A DNA stretch of 64,000 nucleotides from Polyangiaceae bacterium (GCA_044222475.1 JBGANF010000006.1:62379-126378); one strand, 5' to 3'; shown: positions 10,546-20,247, counted from the stretch's first letter. The notes: generated by a model from the sequence alone, not told the origin. Translations and numbers: made by a program.

Positions 10546-11544
10546 ATGCGCGTCTTGGTCCTCGCTGTGCTGTCGTGCTGCGCACTCGCGTGCAGCAAGG
10601 CGCCGAGCGCCTCCGAGATCGACGCGCTCTCGGCCGAGGCGAAGCAGAAGAACGCGGAGCTCGTCGCGAAGTTCGGCGGAGCGTCCTCCGAGAAGGCCGC
10701 GTGGACCCTCTCGATCGCGGGACAGGCGACCCCGCTCGACCTCGATTTCACGCGCCTCGAAGCCCTGGCGACGACGCACATCCGCACGAGCTCGCCGGTC
10801 CGCACGCGCGACACGGCGGCCGTGCTCGACTACCGCGGGGTGCTCCTCTCGGCGTTGCTCGACCTCGCGCACGCCGACCCATCGGCTCAGGTGATCACGT
10901 TCGTCGCTGCCGACGGGTTCATCTCGACCGTCGACGTCGCAGACGCGCGTCGCTTTCCGATCGTGCTCGCGCTCGAGCTCGACGGAAAACCCATCGCACG
11001 GGCGGACGGCGGCCCGCTGCTCCTGAGCTTCCCCGAGACCGACTTTCCCGACGTGCGCGCGAAGTACCGCGAGGTGTCGTGGTGCTTCTACACGACGTAC
11101 ATGATCGTGGGCCGCCAGCCCGTGCGGCTCGATGCCTCGGGGACCGTGCTCGGCGAGCAGCGGCTCGCTGCCCTTCCGCAGGCGTCGGCGGAGCTGAACG
11201 TGGGCTATCGGTTCGGGTGGCCTTCGACTCCGGTCATGACGCGCGGGCCGCTCCTCCGTGACGTGCTCGCAGCGGCCGGCGTGAAGGTCGACCGCGGCAG
11301 TCGCGTTCACGTCGACGGCCTCGCGCGCGCCACGTCGGCGAACGACTGGACGCTCGGCGGGGCCGAGGTCGAGGACTGCGGAGCGTTCCTCGCGACGACG
11401 TGGGGCGCGGATCGTGCTGCGATCCCCGCGCGCATGGGGGGGCCGCTCGTCCTCGTCGTGCCGGAGGCGTGCCACTTCCCGGACTCCCACTGGCCGATGT
11501 TCGTCTCGGGCCTGCACGTCGAAGCGGAGGCGCGCGATCGATGA
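10546..11544 (+). CDS. Lipoprotein with two degenerate molybdopterin-binding (SUOX/PruR-like) domains
   Basis: Lipobox ALAC; YRGVLLSALL..AADGF..LALELDGKPI...GGPLLL; second copy RGPLLRDVL...GGPLVLVVP; no Moco-ligating Cys apparent. Confidence 0.75.
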   Translation: MRVLVLAVLSCCALACSKAPSASEIDALSAEAKQKNAELVAKFGGASSEKAAWTLSIAGQATPLDLDFTRLEALATTHIRTSSPVRTRDTAAVLDYRGVLLSALLDLAHADPSAQVITFVAADGFISTVDVADARRFPIVLALELDGKPIARADGGPLLLSFPETDFPDVRAKYREVSWCFYTTYMIVGRQPVRLDASGTVLGEQRLAALPQASAELNVGYRFGWPSTPVMTRGPLLRDVLAAAGVKVDRGSRVHVDGLARATSANDWTLGGAEVEDCGAFLATTWGADRAAIPARMGGPLVLVVPEACHFPDSHWPMFVSGLHVEAEARDR

Positions 11545-13037
11545 AGGGGTTTCGCTCCATCGCCGCGCGTCTCGTCGCCTACGCTGCGCTGCTCATCGTC
11601 GCGATCGTGGCGACCGTCGTCTTCCTCTGGGCGAACAACGTTCGCACCGTCCTCCGCGAGAGCATCCAGTCCGAGGCGCGCACCTTGGCGGTGGCGCTCG
11701 GCGAGACGCAGTACGCGATGCTCTACGACCGGAACACGAGTCAGCTCCGCATCTCGATCGAGCTCACCATGAAAAACAGCGACGACGTCGTCTACGTGGT
11801 CGTGTCCGACGCGCGCGAGAAGGATCGGATCGTGGCCGCGTCCTCGGACGAGCTCGTCATGCAGTGGGTCCCGGACATCGTCCCCTACGCGGTGACCCAA
11901 CGCGCGTGGGCGGACCCGACGCCGGACGTGCGCACGTCCGAGACGTTCTTGCTGCGCGACGTGAAGAGCAGCGACGGCCGCGCCCGCGGGCACCGCGGGG
12001 AACAGGTGTTCGAGGTCGCCGAGGATCTGATGTCGCAGTCCGGCGATCGGGTCGGCGTCCTCCGCGTCGGCGTGAGCGAGCGCCGGGCCGAAGAGGAGGC
12101 CGCACGCGCTGCGCGCATCGCCGCCCTCGCCGGCGTCGTCGCTCTGGTGTGTGGTCTCCTCGGCGCGGCGCTCCTTGCTCGCTCGCTCACGCGGCCGATA
12201 TCGCGTCTCGCCGACGCGATGCGCAAGGTCGGCGACGGTGATCTCGAGCGCGAAGCGGAGGTGCTCGGTCGCGACGAGGTGGCCGGTCTCGCGAGCACGT
12301 TCAACGCGATGCTCGCCGGGCTCCGCCAGAAGCGCGCGCTCGAGAAGTACGTCCCGATGGGCGCTCGCAAGGAGGTGGCCCAGGCCCCGAGCGGACACAT
12401 CAAGCTCGGCGGCGAGCGTGTGAAAGCGACGATCCTGTTCTCGGATTTGCGCGGGTTCACGTCGATGTCGGAGGAGATGCGACCGGACCAGGTCGTGAGC
12501 CTTCTCAACGAGTACCTCGAGGCGATGAGCCGCGTCATCGTCGAGAGTGAAGGGGACATCAACGAGTACATCGGCGACGCGATCCTCGCGGTGTTCCCCT
12601 GTCGCGACGGCAAGAACGGGTCGCTCCTCGCCGTGCGGGCAGCTTGGGAGATGCGCGAGGAGCTCGCGCGGCTTCAGAAGCGGACCAAGAACGAGCGTCT
12701 TCGGCTTCTGAAGATGGGCATCGGGGTCCACACCGGCGATCTCGTCGAAGGGAACATCGGGAGCATGGACCGCGTGAAGTTCGGCGTCGTGGGGGACACG
12801 GTGAACACGGCGGCGCGCATTCAGGACAAGTCGCGGGAAGGGACGCACACCCACATCTTCGTGAGCGAAACCGTGAAGGACGAGCTCGAGGGCGAGTTCG
12901 AGACCGTTCACGTCGGCGACCTGTCGTTCAAGGGGAAGAGCAAGCCGCTCTCCACGTGGGAGATCGTCGAACCGACGGCGAAGGCCGGCAAGGGACCTTC
13001 GCTCTGGCCGAAGGCTACGGGCTCGCCCCCAGAATGA
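11541..13037 (+). CDS. Membrane class III nucleotide cyclase (2 TM, periplasmic domain, HAMP), guanylate-type residues
   Basis: ATGA overlap with upstream gene; HAMP TRPISRL..DEVAGLASTFNAM; FSDLRGFT, NEYIGDA, KFGVVGDTVNTAAR. Confidence 0.9.
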   Translation: MKGFRSIAARLVAYAALLIVAIVATVVFLWANNVRTVLRESIQSEARTLAVALGETQYAMLYDRNTSQLRISIELTMKNSDDVVYVVVSDAREKDRIVAASSDELVMQWVPDIVPYAVTQRAWADPTPDVRTSETFLLRDVKSSDGRARGHRGEQVFEVAEDLMSQSGDRVGVLRVGVSERRAEEEAARAARIAALAGVVALVCGLLGAALLARSLTRPISRLADAMRKVGDGDLEREAEVLGRDEVAGLASTFNAMLAGLRQKRALEKYVPMGARKEVAQAPSGHIKLGGERVKATILFSDLRGFTSMSEEMRPDQVVSLLNEYLEAMSRVIVESEGDINEYIGDAILAVFPCRDGKNGSLLAVRAAWEMREELARLQKRTKNERLRLLKMGIGVHTGDLVEGNIGSMDRVKFGVVGDTVNTAARIQDKSREGTHTHIFVSETVKDELEGEFETVHVGDLSFKGKSKPLSTWEIVEPTAKAGKGPSLWPKATGSPPE

Positions 13038-13800
13038 TCCCGCGCTCGCCGAAGTCGGCGAGGAGACGGGCGATCGACGCCAGCGCGGCGTCGTCCATCG
13101 GGTGTCCCGTCTTGGTACACGCGTCGGCGATGGCGGCCTGCAGCGGGGCCCGATCGAGGAGGCGCTCGACCAGGGCATGGGCTAGGTCGGTGAGCTCCAG
13201 CACGCGGACGACCCACTCGGCGTCGCGGTGGACGAGGAGGAGCACGGGCCTCACCTCCGGAGCACCCTCGAAGGGAAGGTGGACCGCGTGTTCGAGACCG
13301 ATCAAACGGACGGACCCGCTCATCGCGACCGGGCGGTCGACGGCGAGATCGACCAGCGTCGGCGGCTCGGGCAGGGGTGGAGCTGCTCCGGCGGCGAAGA
13401 GGGCGAGCTCGTGTCGGGCGGAGTCGGTCGCCCACCGAGGCACCGCGGGATCGGCGGCCCAGCGCGGGAGGACCCACTCGACGAACTCGAACGGGACGTC
13501 GCGGAGGTAGGGGCTCTCGGGGCCGCTCTCGGCGAGGAACGCCGAGAAGTCGCGATCGAAGCGCTCCCCCACGCGCTCGCGGGTGAGCGAGAGAAGGTTG
13601 TAGGTTACACCTTTCAGGTTGTTCCGAACGAGCTCGCGGTAGAGGGCGAACCGCCGCGCGCCTTCACCCAACGCGGCCACGTCCTCCTCGGGGACCCCGC
13701 GCTTGCGCAGGAACTCCGCCGGATCGCGGGCGAGCTCGTCCGCTGCCGTGCCGTCGAGGCAGGCATCGGCGAGCGCTTCCTGTATGGTGCGATCCGTCAC
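13015..13800 (-). CDS. DUF2063 family MNIO partner protein (BufC/HvfC-like)
   Basis: RFALYRELVRNN..F...F...P.SPYLRDVPFEFVEW..D.ARHE pattern. Confidence 0.8.
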   Translation of the reverse strand: MTDRTIQEALADACLDGTAADELARDPAEFLRKRGVPEEDVAALGEGARRFALYRELVRNNLKGVTYNLLSLTRERVGERFDRDFSAFLAESGPESPYLRDVPFEFVEWVLPRWAADPAVPRWATDSARHELALFAAGAAPPLPEPPTLVDLAVDRPVAMSGSVRLIGLEHAVHLPFEGAPEVRPVLLLVHRDAEWVVRVLELTDLAHALVERLLDRAPLQAAIADACTKTGHPMDDAALASIARLLADFGERGIILGASP

Positions 13801-13817
13801 CTCACCAGCATACGATC

Positions 13818-16130
13818 ATGACGGACCGAACGTTTCGCTTGGGCCGCGACCCGCAGTCGAAAATCGACTTCAGCCTTCCGCCCCATCATTTCGCGACCCA
13901 CGCGGTCGTGGTCGGGATGACCGGGAGCGGGAAGACCGGGCTCTGCATCGACCTCGTCGAGGAGGCGCTGCGCAACCGCGTGCCGCTCCTCATGATCGAC
14001 ATCAAGGGCGACCTCGGGAACCTGGCGCTCCTCTTCGACGATCAGGCGCCGGCGAGCTTCCTCCCGTGGGTCGACGCCGACGCGGCGCGGCGCGAAGGGA
14101 AGGACCCCGCCATCGTCGCCGAAGAGACCGCGACGCGGTGGCGCGAAGGGCTCGCGGGCTGGGGCATCGGCAAGGACGACATCCGCGCGCTGCGCGAGGG
14201 TCTCGACCTCCGCATCATCACCCCGGGGACGAGCGCCGGCGAGCCGCTCCACGTGCTGTCGCCGCTCGAACAGAGGAGCGATCTCTGGGAGCTCGACGAA
14301 GAGGTCGCGCGGGAGTCGCTGTCGGCGTCCCTGTCGTTGCTCTTGCGCATGGTCGAGCGCGAGCCCGATCCGACGCGTGGGCGCGAGCACGTGCTCCTCG
14401 CGCACCTCTGCGAGCGCCGTCTCCGAGCCGGCAGCGCAGCCGGGCTCGAGGCCATCCTGGAGGATCTGAAGGCGCCGCCGATCGAGCGCGTGGGTGCTCT
14501 CGCCGTCGACGAGTTCCTGCCCCCGAAGGAGCGCGCCGACCTCGCGAAGGATCTCAACGCCCTCATCGCCTCGCCGACGTTCAGTACGTGGCGCACGGGG
14601 GCACCGCTCGACGTCGCGCAGTGGATGCGCGGGCGAGATCCCAAGAAGGTACCGGCGGTGATCGTCTCGGTGGCTCACCTCGACGACGCCGAGCGAATGC
14701 TGGTGCTCTCGCTCGTCCTCGAGCAGACGTTGGCGTGGGTGCGCGGTCTGTCGGGCACCAGCGACCTGCGGAGCCTCGTGCTCTTCGACGAGGTGTTCGG
14801 CTTCATGCCTCCGCACCCGTCGAACCCGCCGACGAAGCGACCGATGCTCGCGCTCCTCAAGCAGGCGCGCGCGTTCGGCGTGGGGATCGTCGTCGCGACG
14901 CAGAACCCGGTCGACATCGACTACAAAGCGCTCTCCAACGCCGGCGTGTGGTTCGTGGGCCGGCTCCAGACCGACGCCGATCGCGAGCGCGTCGTCGAGG
15001 GGCTCGTCGGGAGCGACGCCGGCGCCGTGGTCGCGCAGGATGCGGGCGACCTCGGCGCGATCATCAAGTCGCTTCCGCCGCGGACGTTCTACGTGCGCGA
15101 CGTCCATCGAAAGCCGCCGACGGCGATGATGGAGACGCGTTGGACGATGTCGTACCTGCGGGGTCCGCTCACTCGGCAGGAGATCAAGCGGCTCACCCCC
15201 AAGGCGGCGCCTCCGCCCCCTCCCGCTCCCGCTCCCGCTCCCGCGCCCGCTCCCACTCCCACTCCCACTCCCACTCCCACTCCCTCTCCTTCTCGTGCGC
15301 CCGCGTTGCCCGAAGGATGGACCGCACTCTTCCCGCACCCGCCGCAGGCGCCGGTCACCGCGTGGTCGTACGCGCCGCACGCGGCCCTGATGGGCGTCGT
15401 CCAGCTCACCGACAAGAAGCTCGGCTACGTCGAGCAACGGAAGCTCTGCATCGCTGCGCCGATCGAGAACGGCGAGGTCCAAGCGTCGCGGGTGACCGAC
15501 TTCGCCCCGGACGCGTTCGATCACCCCGCCGTCGCCGGAGCGTCGTTCGGCGATCTCGCCGGCTTCTTCGGCGGCGCGCGCGCGGTGAAGTCGCGCGAGA
15601 AGCAGCTCCGCGATCTCGCGCTCGCGACGGCCCGCGCGACCGTCTTCGAGAACCCGGTGCTCTCGCTCGTGTCGTCCCCGGGAGAGACGGCAGAGGCGTT
15701 CGCGGCGCGAGTCGCGGAGATCGCGCGCGCGCGGCAGGCCTCGCTTCGCACCGAGCTCGTCGCGAAGCACGACCCGAGGTTGCAGAAGCTCGCGATGCAG
15801 CGCGACGCTGCGCGGGCGGAGCTCGCGCAGGCCCAGGCCCAGGCCCCGGGCGGGTTCGACGCGGTCGGGGCGGTGCTGCTCGGTCGCGGCGCGATGAATC
15901 GGGCGATGGCCCGAAGTGACAAGGCGCAGACGCGGATCCAGAAGCTCGGCTCCAAGGTCGCCGACGCGGAGGCCGCGCTCGCGGAGGCGGTCGCGAAGCG
16001 GAATCACGAGATCGCGACGAAGGAAGCGGAGCTCGGAGCGGTCGCGACGGCGACGGTGGAGCGCGTGGTGCTGCCGAAGAAAGACGCGCTGCACGTGGAG
16101 GGATACGCGGTCCTCTGGATCGCACGCTAG
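13818..16130 (+). CDS. HerA/FtsK-like (DUF87/DUF853) ATPase with Pro-rich linker and C-terminal coiled coil
   Basis: THAVVVGMTGSGKT, IDIKGD, LFDEVFG, ARAFGVG..ATQNP. Confidence 0.88.
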   Translation: MTDRTFRLGRDPQSKIDFSLPPHHFATHAVVVGMTGSGKTGLCIDLVEEALRNRVPLLMIDIKGDLGNLALLFDDQAPASFLPWVDADAARREGKDPAIVAEETATRWREGLAGWGIGKDDIRALREGLDLRIITPGTSAGEPLHVLSPLEQRSDLWELDEEVARESLSASLSLLLRMVEREPDPTRGREHVLLAHLCERRLRAGSAAGLEAILEDLKAPPIERVGALAVDEFLPPKERADLAKDLNALIASPTFSTWRTGAPLDVAQWMRGRDPKKVPAVIVSVAHLDDAERMLVLSLVLEQTLAWVRGLSGTSDLRSLVLFDEVFGFMPPHPSNPPTKRPMLALLKQARAFGVGIVVATQNPVDIDYKALSNAGVWFVGRLQTDADRERVVEGLVGSDAGAVVAQDAGDLGAIIKSLPPRTFYVRDVHRKPPTAMMETRWTMSYLRGPLTRQEIKRLTPKAAPPPPPAPAPAPAPAPTPTPTPTPTPSPSRAPALPEGWTALFPHPPQAPVTAWSYAPHAALMGVVQLTDKKLGYVEQRKLCIAAPIENGEVQASRVTDFAPDAFDHPAVAGASFGDLAGFFGGARAVKSREKQLRDLALATARATVFENPVLSLVSSPGETAEAFAARVAEIARARQASLRTELVAKHDPRLQKLAMQRDAARAELAQAQAQAPGGFDAVGAVLLGRGAMNRAMARSDKAQTRIQKLGSKVADAEAALAEAVAKRNHEIATKEAELGAVATATVERVVLPKKDALHVEGYAVLWIAR

Positions 16131-16155
16131 ACCCGGACTCGGACTCGGACTCGGC

Positions 16156-16644
16156 CTAGCGCAGCGTAATCTTCAGCTCTTGTCCCACAGTAGTACCGAC
16201 TCCATCGGACTCGGCGATCGTCAGCTTGAGCGGCGCCTTCGGCGGGCTCCCGGTCCAGTACATGCTGTCGAAGACGAGTCGGTCGTTCTTGACCGTGACC
16301 CATCCCGCGCCGCAGGTCGAAGCGTTGCCCTTGACCGTGCCGACCGAGTTGCCGTCGGCGTCGGTGAGCTCGACGACGTAGTTGAGGAGCGACTTCTTGG
16401 GCGCCCAGCTCTGGACGTTCAACCAGATGTGGCTCCCGCCTTGCGATCCATGGTCGACCGGTATCGCGTCGCCATCGCGGATGGGTTGGAACTCGCCGTC
16501 GGAGCCGTACCCGAGGCGGACGAGCATCTTCCCGTCGGGCGGCGCCGCCGCTTGGTCGGAGCACTCGATCTGTCGGTCTTGGGCACCGGGGCCGCACGCG
16601 GCAACGAGAAGGGCGAAGACGAAAGGAAACGCAAGGCGACGCAT
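16156..16644 (-). CDS. Hypothetical lipoprotein
   Basis: Lipobox VAAC; GSQGGSHIW motif. Confidence 0.75.
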   Translation of the reverse strand: MRRLAFPFVFALLVAACGPGAQDRQIECSDQAAAPPDGKMLVRLGYGSDGEFQPIRDGDAIPVDHGSQGGSHIWLNVQSWAPKKSLLNYVVELTDADGNSVGTVKGNASTCGAGWVTVKNDRLVFDSMYWTGSPPKAPLKLTIAESDGVGTTVGQELKITLR

Positions 16645-16673
16645 GAGCGTGGAGGATAGCACCGCCTGGCGAC

Positions 16674-17843
16674 TCACCGCGATGCGTCGCTGGTCGAGCC
16701 CGCGTCGCTGACGCTCGCCTTCACCGGGGCGATGCTCTTGCAGCAGCGAAATCCGAGGTGGTAGTTCACGTGCCACGCTGCGTCGATCGGCTCCACGTGC
16801 CAGCGCGGGTCGAAGTTGCAGTGATCGGGGTAGGTTTCGCGCCCGCCGAGCACCTGCTGCTCGGTGTGCTTGCGCGCGACCTCGGCGTAGAACCACGCGC
16901 TGCCCTTGAGCTGGGTCACCACGGAGCCGTCGTTCTCGGTGCGGGTCATCACCTCGGCGACGTTGCCGTGTTGATCGAACACGCCGAACCGCGAGCGGCA
17001 GCGCGGGTAGCTGCCCGAAGGCTCGGTCTCGGTGCTGCACGTCTCCCACGTGTTCTTCGCGGTCGTGGGGGAGCACGTGATCGGGGGCGTGCGCGGCTTG
17101 TTCGTGTTGCAGACCGTGAGGTCGAGCTCGTCGCCGTAGGCGTAGGCGCGGTCCGCGCCGCCGGCCGGGTCGCCGCGGCACGCGAGCTGCCACTCGCCCT
17201 GAGTGCAGAGGCGTTTGCCTTGCAGCGCACACATCGTCCGGGCGTGGGTGGGCGCGGTGTAGACGAACGGGAGCTCGCACGGTTTGTTCGGAAACTCGAA
17301 GACGTCCATGCAGTACGTCGCGCTGTTCGGGTCGCCGTTCTTGAAGATCGGTACCATGTTGGGACCGCCGCATCGCGCCCGCTGCTCGTCGGTCTGGAGG
17401 ACGGTGCCGGAGAGCGCGTGCAGGCAGGCTTCCTTGCCGATGAGGTGCTTGGCGATCGCCTTGTTGCCCTGGTTCATCCGGGTGACGGCCGGCCCGACGT
17501 TGAGCGCGAGGAAGACGTTGGCACCAGTGCTCCTCGCCTCGGCTTCGGTCATCGGGCGAAGGTCGATCAGCGTGAGGAGCTGCTCGCGGGTCTCCTTGTG
17601 GTTCGCCATCGGATCCTCGGGCGGTGCGGCGTCGACCCAGGCGTCGACGCTCGTGGTCGCGTCGAGATCGGCGTCGCTCGTGCCTGCGCCATCCGCGGTC
17701 GACGCGTCCACGGCGGGAGCGGCGTCGGCCGTGCGATCACGTTCGACGACGGGCGGCTTGGGTGTGACCTGCGTGCACGCCCACGCGAACGAGGTGACGA
17801 AGAGCGCGCCGCTGGCGATGCGGAGCGATCGCGCTCTCGTCAC
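16674..17843 (-). CDS. SUMF1/FGE-sulfatase domain lipoprotein
   Basis: YCMDVFE, GKRLCTQGEW, FGVFDQHGNVAE, LGFRCC; GTGA overlap with the kinase. Confidence 0.88.
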   Translation of the reverse strand: MTRARSLRIASGALFVTSFAWACTQVTPKPPVVERDRTADAAPAVDASTADGAGTSDADLDATTSVDAWVDAAPPEDPMANHKETREQLLTLIDLRPMTEAEARSTGANVFLALNVGPAVTRMNQGNKAIAKHLIGKEACLHALSGTVLQTDEQRARCGGPNMVPIFKNGDPNSATYCMDVFEFPNKPCELPFVYTAPTHARTMCALQGKRLCTQGEWQLACRGDPAGGADRAYAYGDELDLTVCNTNKPRTPPITCSPTTAKNTWETCSTETEPSGSYPRCRSRFGVFDQHGNVAEVMTRTENDGSVVTQLKGSAWFYAEVARKHTEQQVLGGRETYPDHCNFDPRWHVEPIDAAWHVNYHLGFRCCKSIAPVKASVSDAGSTSDASR

Positions 17844-19333
17844 GGGCCGATCGTGAAGGTGTGCGAGGTCTTCTGCCCGTCGTAGACCTGGACGGGGAAC
17901 GACTGCGACTTGCCCCCCTCGGTCTCGCACTTCACGACGTGCGATCCCGCGGACACCTCGTAGTTGGCGACTGGCGTCGCGCCGATCGGCCGGCCGTCGA
18001 CGGAGATGTTGCACCACGCCGGCTTCGCGGAGATGTTGATCGTGCCGCGGCCCTTCGGGCGCGACGACGCGACCGGCAGGGCGTTCACGCTCATCACTGG
18101 GGCTTCGACGGTGGCGCTCGCCGATGCGGTCGGCGTGATCGGAGTCGTGGCGGTCGCTTTCGCGCTCACCGTCGGTGCGGTCGACGCGACGACCGGCGCG
18201 CGCTTTCGTTGCACCCACACCGCAGCGAAGAGCACGCCAGCGACGAGCACGCATGCGAGCAGCACTCCAGCGATCGCGAACGGCAGCACCGGCACGCGGC
18301 GCTTGCGCGACGCGGTGGTCGTCCCGGCGGCCCACGGCGCGGGCGACGGATCGGGCGGGTGGAGCGACGGCGGGCGATCGTTCGGCTTCACGATCGCCGG
18401 CATCGCGTTCGTCGCGTCCGGGTCGTCGGTGGTGGGGGCGCCGCCCATCGGGCTGGGCAGGCGGAGCGGGCTGTGCTCGAGCTCGGGGAGGAGCGCGGCG
18501 AGGCGCTCGACCACGGCCTCGAAATGGGGGATGCGGCGATCGCGGTCGGTGACGATGCACTCACGCACGATCGCGCGGACGCCCTCGGGGAGGTAGGGCG
18601 CGGCGGCGTCGATGCTCTTCGGCTGCTGCGTCGCGATCGTGACGATGAGCGCGTTGAAGTTGGGCGCTTCGAAGCAGCGGAGTCCGGTGAGGCCCTCGAA
18701 CAGGATCGCGCCGAACGCGAAGATGTCGGTGCGAAGATCGATGTCGGTCACGCCGCGCGCTTGCTCGGGGCTCATGTACAGCGGCGAACCGAGCACGGTT
18801 CCGGCGACGGTGAGCGCGTCGTTGCGGTCCTCTTCGAGGAGGAACTTGCTCACCCCGAAGTCGAGGACCTTCGGCACCGCGATCCCTTCGCGGTCCTTGT
18901 GGAGGTAGATGTTGGACGGCTTGAGATCCCGGTGGACGACTCCGGCGCGATGCGCGGCGGTGAGCCCGCGAGCCACGTCGAGCATGATGCCGATGAACTC
19001 GTAGACGGTCATCGGCGGCTGCTGGCGCCGCATCGCCATCTCGAGGTTGACGCCCGCGAGCAGCTCCATCACGAGGAAGAGCGCGCCGTCCTCGGCTTGC
19101 CCGACGTCCATGATCTGGATGACGTTCGGGTGTTGGATCTTTCCGGTGATCTTCGCTTCCTGAAGGAAACGCTTCGCGGCCTCGGGGGTCTTCGCGAACG
19201 AGGGGAGCAGGAACTTGATCGCGAACTGGCGCTCCGTGAAGACGTTCGTCGCCGACCAGACGGTGGCCATGCCGCCCGTCCCCAGGATCTGGTTCAGCCG
19301 GTACTTCCCGGCGATGGTCTGCCCCGATTGCAT
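17840..19333 (-). CDS. Hanks-type Ser/Thr protein kinase with TM helix and PEGA-like C-terminus
   Basis: LGTGGMA, AIK, HRDLKPSN, DFG, GSPLYMSPEQ. Confidence 0.95.
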   Translation of the reverse strand: MQSGQTIAGKYRLNQILGTGGMATVWSATNVFTERQFAIKFLLPSFAKTPEAAKRFLQEAKITGKIQHPNVIQIMDVGQAEDGALFLVMELLAGVNLEMAMRRQQPPMTVYEFIGIMLDVARGLTAAHRAGVVHRDLKPSNIYLHKDREGIAVPKVLDFGVSKFLLEEDRNDALTVAGTVLGSPLYMSPEQARGVTDIDLRTDIFAFGAILFEGLTGLRCFEAPNFNALIVTIATQQPKSIDAAAPYLPEGVRAIVRECIVTDRDRRIPHFEAVVERLAALLPELEHSPLRLPSPMGGAPTTDDPDATNAMPAIVKPNDRPPSLHPPDPSPAPWAAGTTTASRKRRVPVLPFAIAGVLLACVLVAGVLFAAVWVQRKRAPVVASTAPTVSAKATATTPITPTASASATVEAPVMSVNALPVASSRPKGRGTINISAKPAWCNISVDGRPIGATPVANYEVSAGSHVVKCETEGGKSQSFPVQVYDGQKTSHTFTIGP

Positions 19334-19396
19334 TTCTGTGAACGGTTTACTTCTCCCTCTGCTGGCCGCAGAGGGCAACATTTCCCCATGTAGGTC

Positions 19397-20164
19397 TCAA
19401 GCGACGGTGAACCCGCCGTCGACGACCAGTACTTCCCCGGTGGTGAAGCTCGAAGCGTCCGAAGCCAAGTAGACCGCAGCGCCTGCGATCTCGTCGGGTT
19501 GCGCGTGGCGCCGTAGCGGCGTTCGCGCGTCCATCTCCTTCGCGATGTCGCTCTGGACGAGCGCCGCGGCGAGCTTGGTGTCGACCAGGCCGGGCGCGAT
19601 CGCGTTCACGCGAATGCCGGACGGGCCGAGCTCGTAAGCGAGCGTCTTCGTGAGCGAGACGACGCCGGCCTTCGTCATGCCGTAGACGCCTTGCATCGGC
19701 GCCGAACGGAGCGCGACGACGCTCGCGACGTTGACGAGGCTGCCCTTCGCGCCGCGAGCGATCAGGTGCTCCGCGACCTGGCGGCACATCCAGAAGTAGC
19801 CCTTGAGGTTGACCTCGAAGGTCTTGTCCCACGCGCCCATGTCGGCGGTGAGGAGCGGACCGAAGTGCGGGTTCGTCGCGGCGTTGTTGACGAGCACGTC
19901 GCACTTACCGAAGTGCTTCACGGTGCGCTCGACGAGGGCCTTGCAGTCGGCCTCTTTGCCGGTGTGGGCGGCGACGCCGAGGGCGGCACCGGCGCGGACG
20001 CCGTTCAGCTCTTTCTCGGCGGCAGCCACCGCGTCGTCCTTGCGGGACGCCACGACGACGTTCGCTCCGCGCTCGACGAGAGCGCGTGCGATCGCGAAGC
20101 CGATGCCACGGGTTCCTCCCGTGACGATCGCGACGCGGCCGTTCAGTGTGACGTCCAACGACAT
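19397..20164 (-). CDS. SDR family oxidoreductase
   Basis: TGGTRGIG, NNAA, YGMTK, NAIAPG. Confidence 0.95.
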   Translation of the reverse strand: MSLDVTLNGRVAIVTGGTRGIGFAIARALVERGANVVVASRKDDAVAAAEKELNGVRAGAALGVAAHTGKEADCKALVERTVKHFGKCDVLVNNAATNPHFGPLLTADMGAWDKTFEVNLKGYFWMCRQVAEHLIARGAKGSLVNVASVVALRSAPMQGVYGMTKAGVVSLTKTLAYELGPSGIRVNAIAPGLVDTKLAAALVQSDIAKEMDARTPLRRHAQPDEIAGAAVYLASDASSFTTGEVLVVDGGFTVA

Positions 20165-20247
20165 GAGGGGGAAGCGCTTACCACAACCGACCCTCCCCGG
20201 AAAGGCAGGCCTTTGACGCGGCGTGTCATCAGGGTGCGGGAGAAGAA

